From assembly GCA_021775875.1 (NCBI GenBank), contig JAJFHA010000011.1, forward strand, positions 74,178-138,177: 64,000 nt of DNA, read 5' to 3'. Of this stretch, positions 21,265 to 29,727 are shown piece by piece (the first letter of the stretch is position 1; the number at the start of each line of letters is the position of its first letter). Below the pieces are notes generated by a model that did no database searches, was not told the DNA's origin, and worked only from the letters and a program-made list of their open reading frames with translations. This DNA comes from Hyphomicrobiales bacterium. GTDB taxonomy: Bacteria > Pseudomonadota > Alphaproteobacteria > Rhizobiales > NORP267. Both the position numbers and the translations under genes were made by a program.

Positions 21265-22437
21265 TCATTCCGCAGTGACGGAAATATTCAGCAAGGGCAC
21301 CAGAGCTGCCGGACCAAACATGATCGAGCCCATAAGCTGGGTGGCCGGGATTGGCGTTTCCGGATTAGCTGAAAAATCAATCCGACCGGGGTTATTCAGA
21401 AAATATTCGGTCGCTTTGACAACCATCTTGATGAAATCTTCCGGCATGCCCTGATCCATCAATTGACGCCGGGACAAATCAACCCAGATCCCGATCAGGG
21501 TACTTGGCGACAAATCAGACTCGTCCGACATGATCGAAATTATGCGGTCGGTTATGGTATCGTCTTCAACCCAGTAATGAGCCGAAACCAGCGTCAGAAG
21601 TTGCGCCAGCTCCATGAGCTTGTCTTCGTCCTCAAGCGACGTGAGCAATTCCCGTGTCACGTTGCCAGCGGTCATTTCAAACGTTGCCGTACCCATATCC
21701 GCGACGGTAAAACGCACAGGTCCAGCCGTAGCAATCTCGTTGTTGCTGTCCCATGTCCAGTCGGTGGAGAAACTGAAATCCACCTCTTCATATCCGAATT
21801 TATCCAGTTGCTCTCGGCTGTCCGGGTCTTCGATGTCTTTTGTCTGGACCACCAGATTATCAAGTACGAATGAGATATTATTCGGGATATCACCATCAAG
21901 CTGGCCGCGGCTGATAAGAATGCGTGCCACCGGGACTGTGATTTCAGCTTCAACAACCATGTCTTCAATCAGGACTTCGCTGGCGAGGCGGTAAATAAAG
22001 TTGTTGTTGTCTTTGTCGATTTCCTCTTCTAGCGGAAACAGAGGGTCCTGGATGGTCATTCGAGTAATAGAAATCAGGGTGTCATCATCAATTTCGACGA
22101 GATGCAGAATATTGGCGACCATGGATTCAGCAGAAAGAGAGCCATCGTCATGAAGGTTTACGGACCGCAATTCCAGCGCCTTGATGGTCATCTCGGTTTC
22201 TTCTTTCGGGTTTACCAACCTGAAATTATAAATCGTGGTAACGTCCGTGCCGGAATCACGTTCGGCATCGTCATAGCCAACGTCCGAGGCGCCATATTCA
22301 GTCAAAAGCCTGATAAACTGATCTGCGATAGCTTCGCCTTCACTGTTCGCAATCGCCGGAGCCTGCATCGTGACGATTGCAAGAAAGGCGATCGCTAAAG
22401 CTGAAAAGGCATTTCGCAAAATACGTGTCGTGTGCAT
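21265..22437 (-). CDS. Highly acidic secreted protein, unknown function
   Basis: 390 aa with signal peptide ...AIAFLAIVTMQAPAIA-NS. The mature part is very rich in D/E. I recognise no motif. Confidence 0.6.
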   Translation of the reverse strand: MHTTRILRNAFSALAIAFLAIVTMQAPAIANSEGEAIADQFIRLLTEYGASDVGYDDAERDSGTDVTTIYNFRLVNPKEETEMTIKALELRSVNLHDDGSLSAESMVANILHLVEIDDDTLISITRMTIQDPLFPLEEEIDKDNNNFIYRLASEVLIEDMVVEAEITVPVARILISRGQLDGDIPNNISFVLDNLVVQTKDIEDPDSREQLDKFGYEEVDFSFSTDWTWDSNNEIATAGPVRFTVADMGTATFEMTAGNVTRELLTSLEDEDKLMELAQLLTLVSAHYWVEDDTITDRIISIMSDESDLSPSTLIGIWVDLSRRQLMDQGMPEDFIKMVVKATEYFLNNPGRIDFSANPETPIPATQLMGSIMFGPAALVPLLNISVTAE

Positions 22438-22625
22438 CGAACTGTTTCCACCCTGTTTGAAATTCCGGGAACCAAGAAATTCTTGTTATCGGAGCATGTT
22501 CACGGCGCAATGTCGATATAATGACAAGAATGTCGCTGATATTTGTGATCTATGGTTTGAATTTAGTGAACAGAATTGACGGCAAATTCAAATATTCAAC
22601 CGTGTATTTCCGGTTTTATTTCTGT

Positions 22626-24083
22626 TCAGGTGTTTCGCGACCATTCAGGGGCTTCGAGCCGTCGCCGGCCATCTGAGCTTGGCCTGCAATCCGGCTCTTC
22701 AAGGGCTTTTCGGTCCCAGAGCTGACACGTGACCTGTTTGTGTTTCTGGTCCAGCCCTTCACAATAATTGGTATATTCGCATAACCGGACTTCAGACCCG
22801 CAGCCGGAAGCAACTTTTTTGAACCAGTCCGGGTCAGCCAGGGACTGGCGGGCAAACCCGACAATATCAGCCTCGTCGTTTTCGAGCACGGCTTCTGCTT
22901 GTTCAAATCCGTGCATGCCGCCAGCGACAATAACCGGAATGGTATGGCCGCCATCACGCACCGCTTGCCGTATCTTGGCGACCGGCGCGACATTTCTGCC
23001 GAATGGGCCTTGCTCATCAGAAATATGACCGGGCATGCACTCATATCCGCTTGGGCCGGTATAGGGGTAAATCGCGCCGCCTACTTTGGGTGTTTTGGCG
23101 TCTTCAAATTTGCCACCTCTGGAAAGCGACAGGAAGTCCATGCCGGCATCCGCGAACCGGGTTGCGAACCATGCGGCGTCTTCGACATTTGAGCCGCCTT
23201 GGATGCATTCGTCAGACAAAAACCTGCACCCGACCGGATAGTTGGAACCGACCCGCTCGCGCGTCGCTGCAAATACTTCCAGTGGCAACCGTACGCGCCC
23301 TTCCAGGTTTTGGCCGTAACCGTCGTCGCGATCATTTAGCTCGGACAGAAAAGATGCCATCGTATAGGCGTGTGCATAATGTAATTCGACACCATCAAAG
23401 CCGGCCTCTTTGGCGCGCGCGGCGGCGTCAGCAAAGAGATCGGGAAGGACCTTAGGCAAATCGCGGATATGATCCAGATGTGTGTCGGTGACCCGTTCCC
23501 TGTGTCCCTTCAGGAAAGATTCCATTTCGCGCTCATTCAGAACATTTTGCAGGGCGTCCTGATCAAGGGTCAGTAACTTTGCGCGAATATCCTGTTCACT
23601 GGCATCCTGCATTCCTAAATTACTGCGATGGTGATCGGTGATTTTTAAATGCTTGCCGAAATAAGCTTCTGGCGTTGGCCTGCGCCTGACACCGAGAAAA
23701 TCGATCAACTGGATGAAAAGGCGGGTTTTGCCGCCACTTGCCTGCTTTACCGTTTCGACCAGATCGCGCAGGCCCGGAATGAATCGGTCATCACCGATGC
23801 GTAGCAACGGCCCACTTGGAACGTCGCGTATTCCAGTGGCTTCGACGACGATTGCACCCGGTCGCCCAGCGGCAAAACGCCCATACCAGGCAAGTACATC
23901 ATCGGTGACAAAACCGTCAGGTGACGCTCGCCACGGCACCATAGCGGGTATCCATGTGCGCGAGGTGAGGGTGCATTGCCCAATATCAATTGATGAGAAA
24001 AGCTTCGAGTTACGGGCCGTATCCTGATCCGGCCATTGCCCGGCCACAGTTTCATATTTGATTTTGGCTGGAGGTTTCCACAT
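22626..24083 (-). CDS. Old Yellow Enzyme-family FMN oxidoreductase with C-terminal Cys motif (no FAD/NAD domain)
   Basis: 485 aa with a TIM-barrel OYE pattern (LFSSIDIG..L.SR...PAMVP, VELHYAHAYTMASFLS, PVIVAGGM). The C-terminus reads RLCEYTNYCEGLDQKHKQVTCQLWD. Confidence 0.75.
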   Translation of the reverse strand: MWKPPAKIKYETVAGQWPDQDTARNSKLFSSIDIGQCTLTSRTWIPAMVPWRASPDGFVTDDVLAWYGRFAAGRPGAIVVEATGIRDVPSGPLLRIGDDRFIPGLRDLVETVKQASGGKTRLFIQLIDFLGVRRRPTPEAYFGKHLKITDHHRSNLGMQDASEQDIRAKLLTLDQDALQNVLNEREMESFLKGHRERVTDTHLDHIRDLPKVLPDLFADAAARAKEAGFDGVELHYAHAYTMASFLSELNDRDDGYGQNLEGRVRLPLEVFAATRERVGSNYPVGCRFLSDECIQGGSNVEDAAWFATRFADAGMDFLSLSRGGKFEDAKTPKVGGAIYPYTGPSGYECMPGHISDEQGPFGRNVAPVAKIRQAVRDGGHTIPVIVAGGMHGFEQAEAVLENDEADIVGFARQSLADPDWFKKVASGCGSEVRLCEYTNYCEGLDQKHKQVTCQLWDRKALEEPDCRPSSDGRRRLEAPEWSRNT

Positions 24084-24550
24084 GATGTTGCCTTAGATAT
24101 TGCTTTATATACGAAAAGATTATAACAATAATATTTATATAGAAAGAAAAAACGTCACGTCGGGCTTTTATATTCAATTGTGCGCCAATAGTGTCAGTCA
24201 GATACAGGAAAAATGAATGCGCTCCGCCAAGGAATGAATGTGCCGTCGCTATCAGCCAGAGGTAACCTTGACAGGCAAAATAATGCCCTGTGGGCTGGAA
24301 TGGTGGCAACGCCCATGCAAATGTCTGGAATTCCGGCGTGCAGGAATGTTTGGATGCGGTTCGGCGGAAACCTGGCAACGTGGGCGGTTTGGTAACTTGA
24401 GAACCAACCGGTGCGGGACTATAGTTGAAGGGAATTAAGTGGTTTCAGGGGATTGTTCACGTTGAGCAAGCTCCTATTGGTCCGGTCGTGTGCCGGACAT
24501 TTTCAAGGTCGGCATGATCGCCCGGCTGCCTTTTAGGGAGGACCTATCCA

Positions 24551-25738
24551 ATGATCAAGAAACTAGCAATTGCCACAATAGCGGGTGCAACAATGCTTGC
24601 AGCGCCCGCTTGGTCGGCAGATACAGTCAAGATCGGGTTCATCACAACCCTTTCAACACCAGCAGCCATTCTGGGTCAAAACCAGAGAAACGCTGTTGAG
24701 TTGGCAGTCGAACATGCCGGCGGACAGATTGCAGGCATGGATATTGAAATCATCTTCGAAGATGATGCTTTCAACCCCCAGACCGGTCGCGTCGCTTCCG
24801 AGCGCCTCGCCGCCGATCCTGATGTTCACTTCATTGGCGGTTACATCTGGTCGCATGTTTTGCTTGCTTCCAGCAAAGCCGTTCTTGATGCTGGCAAATT
24901 CATGATCAGCACAAATGCCGGGGCTTCCCAAATGGCAGGTGCTGATTGTCACGAAAACTTCTTTTCCACATCCTGGGAAAACAGCCAGAACCCGCGTGCG
25001 ATGGGTGAAGTGCTGAACCAGCGTGGCGTCAAGTCGCTTTATGTGATGGCACCAAACTACGCAGCCGGTAAAAACATGGTTGAAGGTGTTGAAGCAACTT
25101 TCACTGGTGAAATCCTTGGCCGTGACATGACCCGTTGGGGTGCTGACGCGCAACTCGACTTCTCCGCCGAACTCGCCAAAGCGCGGGCATCTGGTGCAGA
25201 AGCTATCTTCATCTTCTATCCTGGCCGCGCCGGTGGTGCTTTCATCAAGCAATACATGCAGGCTGGTCTGGAAGAGGTTATGGACCTGTATACCGTATTT
25301 ACGGTTGATGGCATTTCTCTGCCGCGGTTCCAGGAAGCTGAATTGAGCGGTGTGTTGGGCACTTTCAACACCAATTACTGGTCGCCTGATCTGGACAATG
25401 CACAGAACCAGCGTTTCGTAGCTGACTATATCGAAAAATATGGTCAGATTCCGTCACATTATTCTTCACAGGCCTACGACCTGGTCTTCATGATCAAAGC
25501 CGCTGTTGAAGCTGTTGATGGTGATCTGGACGATATGGATGGTATCCGTGAAGCTCTTGAATCTGCAAACTTCGATTCAGTGCGTGGTGATTTTGAATAT
25601 GGTTCCAATCATTTCCCGATCCAGAATTTCTATCTGCGGGAAGTGGTAGAAGATTCAGAAGGCCGTTGGGCAACTCAGATTGTTTCCACGGTTTATGAAA
25701 ACATGGAAAATCCTTATATCGCAGATTGCCCAATGTAA
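24551..25738 (+). CDS. ABC transporter substrate-binding protein, type I PBP (LivJ/HAAT family)
   Basis: 395 aa with signal peptide MIKKLAIATIAGATMLAAPAWS. DTVKIGFITTLS is a typical Leu/Ile/Val-binding-protein fold start. First gene of the transporter operon upstream of bclA. Confidence 0.85.
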   Translation: MIKKLAIATIAGATMLAAPAWSADTVKIGFITTLSTPAAILGQNQRNAVELAVEHAGGQIAGMDIEIIFEDDAFNPQTGRVASERLAADPDVHFIGGYIWSHVLLASSKAVLDAGKFMISTNAGASQMAGADCHENFFSTSWENSQNPRAMGEVLNQRGVKSLYVMAPNYAAGKNMVEGVEATFTGEILGRDMTRWGADAQLDFSAELAKARASGAEAIFIFYPGRAGGAFIKQYMQAGLEEVMDLYTVFTVDGISLPRFQEAELSGVLGTFNTNYWSPDLDNAQNQRFVADYIEKYGQIPSHYSSQAYDLVFMIKAAVEAVDGDLDDMDGIREALESANFDSVRGDFEYGSNHFPIQNFYLREVVEDSEGRWATQIVSTVYENMENPYIADCPM

Positions 25739-25764
25739 TCTGACTATATTTTAAAGCCTATCTC

Positions 25765-25790
25765 GGGGGCGCATTCTTGCGCCCCCGTTT
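25765..25790 (+). terminator. Intercistronic stem-loop / partial terminator after the binding-protein gene
   Basis: Perfect 9-bp stem GGGGGCGCA-ttct-TGCGCCCCC followed by gttt. The T-tract is short, so it is probably an attenuating or stabilising hairpin. Confidence 0.5.
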
Positions 25791-25853
25791 CACACCTACC
25801 TAAGTTACATAGACATTCAGATAGCGCAGCCGCTCCTGGGGGAAGTGTCAAAT

Positions 25854-26780
25854 ATGGATTATATTCTTCTGGTTACGCAGCTGCTGAATGGCCTGCAATT
25901 GGGCATTCTTCTGTTCTTGCTGGCCGCTGGCCTGACGCTGGTTTTTGGCATCATGGACCTGGTCAATCTGGCACACGGATCATTTTACATGATCGGCGCT
26001 TTTCTGAGCGCCACCATCGCAGCCATTACCGGATCCTTCATGGTTGGATTGGTGCTGGGAATACCGCTCGCTTTTCTTGTCGGGTCGCTGGTTGAAATTT
26101 CAACCCTGCGAACCCTGTATGCGCGCAACCATCTGGATCAGGTTCTGGCGACTTTCGGGCTCATCCTGTTTTTCGATACCCTGGTTCATCTGGTCTGGGG
26201 ACCGGTCGGCGTGGCGATTACCTTGCCGGACTATCTTGATACATCGATCCGTTTGCCGGGCGACATCATTGTCCCGACCATCAGACTGTTCATTATTGGG
26301 GTTGGGTTGCTTGTGGCGGCCTTTCTGTATTTTCTGGTGGCGCGTACCCGAATGGGAATGCTGATCAGGGCGGGGGCCTCGAACCGCACAATGGCCGGTG
26401 CGTTGGGTGTGGATATCCAGCGGCTATTCACGCTCGTATTTGGTATGGGTGCCGCGTTGGCTGGCCTTGCCGGTTTGATGGCAACTTCAATTACCACCGA
26501 AGCAACTATCGGCATGGGCAATGATATTATCATTCAGGCCTTCGTTGTGATCGTTATCGGCGGCATCGGCTCAATTCGTGGCGCCTTTGTGGCCGCAATT
26601 GTCGTTGGTCTGGTGGATACTCTTGGCCGCTCCTACCTGGATCAATTGTTCAAGATTTTCATTTCGGATCAGAATGCCGAAACGGCGGCTCCTGCGGTCG
26701 CGGCCATGCTGATTTACATCATGATGGCGGCAATCCTGTTTTTCAGTCCTCAAGGACTGTTCCCACCCAAGACGCGATAG
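25854..26780 (+). CDS. Branched-chain-type ABC permease (LivH family)
   Basis: About 308 aa from ATG 25854 (MDYILLVTQLLNGLQLG...), a typical LivH N-terminus. Multi-pass membrane protein. Confidence 0.85.
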   Translation: MDYILLVTQLLNGLQLGILLFLLAAGLTLVFGIMDLVNLAHGSFYMIGAFLSATIAAITGSFMVGLVLGIPLAFLVGSLVEISTLRTLYARNHLDQVLATFGLILFFDTLVHLVWGPVGVAITLPDYLDTSIRLPGDIIVPTIRLFIIGVGLLVAAFLYFLVARTRMGMLIRAGASNRTMAGALGVDIQRLFTLVFGMGAALAGLAGLMATSITTEATIGMGNDIIIQAFVVIVIGGIGSIRGAFVAAIVVGLVDTLGRSYLDQLFKIFISDQNAETAAPAVAAMLIYIMMAAILFFSPQGLFPPKTR

Positions 26781-26793
26781 GGTCCCTTAATTT

Positions 26794-28218
26794 ATGGACA
26801 GTCTGTTTTCAAAAAATTTCTCCTATCGGGCCTGGTTCTACGGGGTCGGGTTGATATGCGTTATTTTACTTCCGGTTTATGCATCTGCGTCCGGTCAGCA
26901 TAATCTGATTTCCTTTGGCTCCCTGATCATGTGTTTCGCCATGGCAGCGGTCAGCCTGAACCTGATTTTGGGATTTGGCGGCATGGTCAGCTTTGGCCAT
27001 GCGGCTTACCTGGCAATTGGCGGATATACCGTCGGGATCAGCGTCTATTACGGTTACAATAACGGGTTCCTGCATTTGTTGCTGGCGGCATTGTTCGCTG
27101 CAGCGTTCGCGCTGGTTACCGGAGCCATCAGCCTTAAAACCAAGGGCGTGTATTTCATCATGATCACGCTCGCCTTTGCGCAGATGATGTATTTCGCCTT
27201 TATCAGTCTCGAGGAATTTGGTGGTGATGACGGTCTGATCGTTGATAATCGCAGTGATTTCTCGCCCTTTTTGAATATCGAGAATGACAACATCCTCTAT
27301 TATCTGATCCTCGCCGTACTTATCGGGATGGTGTATCTGGTCTACAAAATCGTAAACAGCCGGTTCGGAGCTGTCATCCAGGGCACCATGTCAAACGAGC
27401 CGCGCATGCAGGCGCTTGGTTACGCCACCTATCAATATCGTATTGTCTGTTATGTGATTGCCGGTGTTATGTGCGCTATGGCTGGAGTGCTCTACGTCAA
27501 TTACGCAAATTTTGTGAACCCGGGCGATACCTCCTGGACCACTTCGGGCGAGCTGATTTTCATGGTTGTTCTTGGTGGCATGGGGTCTGTTTTCGGCCCC
27601 GTATTGGGAGCCGCAACGTTTTTTATCATCGCGGAATATGTTGGCGATCTTCCTGAAATAGGGGTTTACTGGCGCATCTATTTCGGACCGTTCCTGGTGC
27701 TTGTGGTGCTGTTTGCCCGAAGCGGCATTGATGGCTGGCTCGGTCGTTTCATCGTGCCTCCGGAAGCCATCCGCCACGATATGATCAGGGCGTCGGGCAA
27801 AAAACGGTTTCTTGCCACGCTGATCGATGTCGCAATTCTGGTATTCTTGTCCTGGTTGTTGATTGTGCTGATCGCCCCAGCGCTGATGGAGCTGCCGGAC
27901 CAGAGCCATCACAGACATCTGATCATGATTATTTGTAGCTACCTTGTAATGGGCTGGGTTTTTTACAATCATTTCATTTTGCCCTCGACAGCACGACAAG
28001 GTTCGGTCGGCAAAATTATGACGGGCCTCCGTGTCGTGTCGGCTGATGGCCGCACAATGACGGCGGGGCAGGCGGTCCAGCGCAACTTTGGCCAATTGCT
28101 GAATATCGGCACGTTGCTGGTTGGCTATATTGGCTGTCTTATGGACCCAAAACGGTTGGCGTTGCATGATGATCTGGCCGCAACGCGGGTGGTGGAGCGG
28201 GGCAACGACGATGACTGA
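26794..28218 (+). CDS. LivM-family ABC permease fused to a C-terminal RDD-family domain
   Basis: 474 aa. Residues 1 to about 325 are LivM-like and end ...LVLVVLFARSGIDGWLGR. Residues from about 330 to 470 read KKRFLATLIDVAIL...GKIMTGLRVVSADGRTMTAGQAVQRNFGQLL...LALHDDLAATRVV, the RDD signature. The frame is continuous. Confidence 0.8.
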   Translation: MDSLFSKNFSYRAWFYGVGLICVILLPVYASASGQHNLISFGSLIMCFAMAAVSLNLILGFGGMVSFGHAAYLAIGGYTVGISVYYGYNNGFLHLLLAALFAAAFALVTGAISLKTKGVYFIMITLAFAQMMYFAFISLEEFGGDDGLIVDNRSDFSPFLNIENDNILYYLILAVLIGMVYLVYKIVNSRFGAVIQGTMSNEPRMQALGYATYQYRIVCYVIAGVMCAMAGVLYVNYANFVNPGDTSWTTSGELIFMVVLGGMGSVFGPVLGAATFFIIAEYVGDLPEIGVYWRIYFGPFLVLVVLFARSGIDGWLGRFIVPPEAIRHDMIRASGKKRFLATLIDVAILVFLSWLLIVLIAPALMELPDQSHHRHLIMIICSYLVMGWVFYNHFILPSTARQGSVGKIMTGLRVVSADGRTMTAGQAVQRNFGQLLNIGTLLVGYIGCLMDPKRLALHDDLAATRVVERGNDDD

Positions 28219-28969
28219 GATTGTTCTAAAGGTTGAAGCTCTGGAGAAAAGTTTTGGCGGTGTCCATGCCACCGACAATGTTGATTTGGACGTTCATAAA
28301 AACGAAATTCATGCCATTATCGGACCAAATGGCGCTGGCAAGACAACGCTGATTTCCCAGTTGGCGGGTGCCCTGATGTGTGATGAGGGTCATATAGCGT
28401 TTGCCGGAAGCGATATAACGCGCCTTTCGCCGCACAAGCGCTCGCAACTGGGTCTGGCTCGTTCGTTCCAGATTACTTCGGTGTTTCTCAATATGCCGGT
28501 GCTGACCAATGTTTCGTTGGCGGTTCAATCCCGGCAGGGGCATTCCTACCGGTTCTGGAAATCGTCCTTGAATGATCCGGCTTTAACAGAACCTGCCAAA
28601 GCTATGCTGGAAAAAGTAAATCTGTCAGGTCGCCACGACGCAATCTGCCGTGAATTGTCACACGGCGAACACCGCCAGCTAGAGATCGCGATGGCGCTGG
28701 CGACCGAGCCAACCATGTTGTTGCTGGACGAGCCGATGGCGGGGATGGGGCCGGAGGAATCCCATCGTATGATTGACACCCTCAAACAGCTCAAGGGTGA
28801 CATGACTATTCTGCTGATCGAGCATGATATGGACGCCGTATTTGCCCTCGCTGACCGTGTCACGGTGCTTGTCTATGGGCGTGTCATTGCGTCCGGCACG
28901 CCTGATGAAATTCGCAATAATGAAGATGTACGCCACGCTTACCTGGGCGAAGAGACCGGCAATGCTTGA
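28211..28969 (+). CDS. ABC transporter ATP-binding protein (LivG type)
   Basis: Start ATG 28211 (MTEIVLKVEALEKSFGG) overlaps the permease stop. Walker A GPNGAGKTT, signature LSHGEHRQLEIA, Walker B LLLLDEPMAG. Confidence 0.9.
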   Translation: MTEIVLKVEALEKSFGGVHATDNVDLDVHKNEIHAIIGPNGAGKTTLISQLAGALMCDEGHIAFAGSDITRLSPHKRSQLGLARSFQITSVFLNMPVLTNVSLAVQSRQGHSYRFWKSSLNDPALTEPAKAMLEKVNLSGRHDAICRELSHGEHRQLEIAMALATEPTMLLLDEPMAGMGPEESHRMIDTLKQLKGDMTILLIEHDMDAVFALADRVTVLVYGRVIASGTPDEIRNNEDVRHAYLGEETGNA

Positions 28970-29663
28970 AGTTAAAGACATCAAAACATTCTACGGCCAG
29001 AGCCAGGCTTTGTTCGGGATGAATCTCACCGTGAAAACCGGTGAAGTCGTTACCTTGATCGGGCGCAATGGGATGGGAAAAACTACCACCCTGAATACGA
29101 TCATGGGAATAATCCCGTCACGGTCGGGTCGGATCGTTTTCAACGATACAGATATTACCGAAAGCCCGTCCTTTCGCGTTGCCCAATATGGCATCGCCAT
29201 TGTCCCCGAGGGACGGCAGATTTTTCCAAATCTCACAGTCAGGGAAAATCTGATCGCCACCGCTTCCAACCGGTCCGGGCGGGCAGATCCGTGGAAAATC
29301 GAGAAGATATTTGCGATGTTTCCGGAATTGTCTGATCGTGGCTCCCAGATGGGGAACCTGTTGTCTGGCGGTGAGCAACAGATGCTGGCCATCGGCCGCG
29401 CTCTGATGACCAATCCGGATCTTTTGATTTTTGATGAAGCTACAGAGGGGCTGGCTCCATTAGTCAGGCAGATCATCTGGACTTGTATCGGTCGCCTCAA
29501 GGACGAGCGCCAGTCGATCCTCGTTGTCGATAAAAATATTTCTGATCTCTGCCGTATTGCCGATCGCCACTATATCATCGAGAAAGGTGTGGTTGTTTGG
29601 GAAGGCACGTCCAAGCAATTAATGGCGAATTCCGAGCTCCACGCTCGCTATTTGGGGGTATAG
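28962..29663 (+). CDS. ABC transporter ATP-binding protein (LivF type)
   Basis: Start ATG 28962 (MLEVKDIKTFYG) overlaps the livG-type stop. GRNGMGKTT, LSGGEQQMLAIGRAL, LLIFDEATEGLAP. Confidence 0.9.
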   Translation: MLEVKDIKTFYGQSQALFGMNLTVKTGEVVTLIGRNGMGKTTTLNTIMGIIPSRSGRIVFNDTDITESPSFRVAQYGIAIVPEGRQIFPNLTVRENLIATASNRSGRADPWKIEKIFAMFPELSDRGSQMGNLLSGGEQQMLAIGRALMTNPDLLIFDEATEGLAPLVRQIIWTCIGRLKDERQSILVVDKNISDLCRIADRHYIIEKGVVVWEGTSKQLMANSELHARYLGV

Positions 29664-29727
29664 TTCCCGTTTCTCTGGACACAGGTCCGTACTTAGCCAC
29701 AATGCGCTTCAGGAACGGGAGAGTATA

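Noticed and set aside
24213-24438. ORFs 24213..24395 and 24238..24438 in the OYE-transporter gap.
   Set aside because: They overlap each other in different frames, lack an RBS and have odd Trp/Cys/Arg-rich composition. The region is better explained as regulatory DNA.
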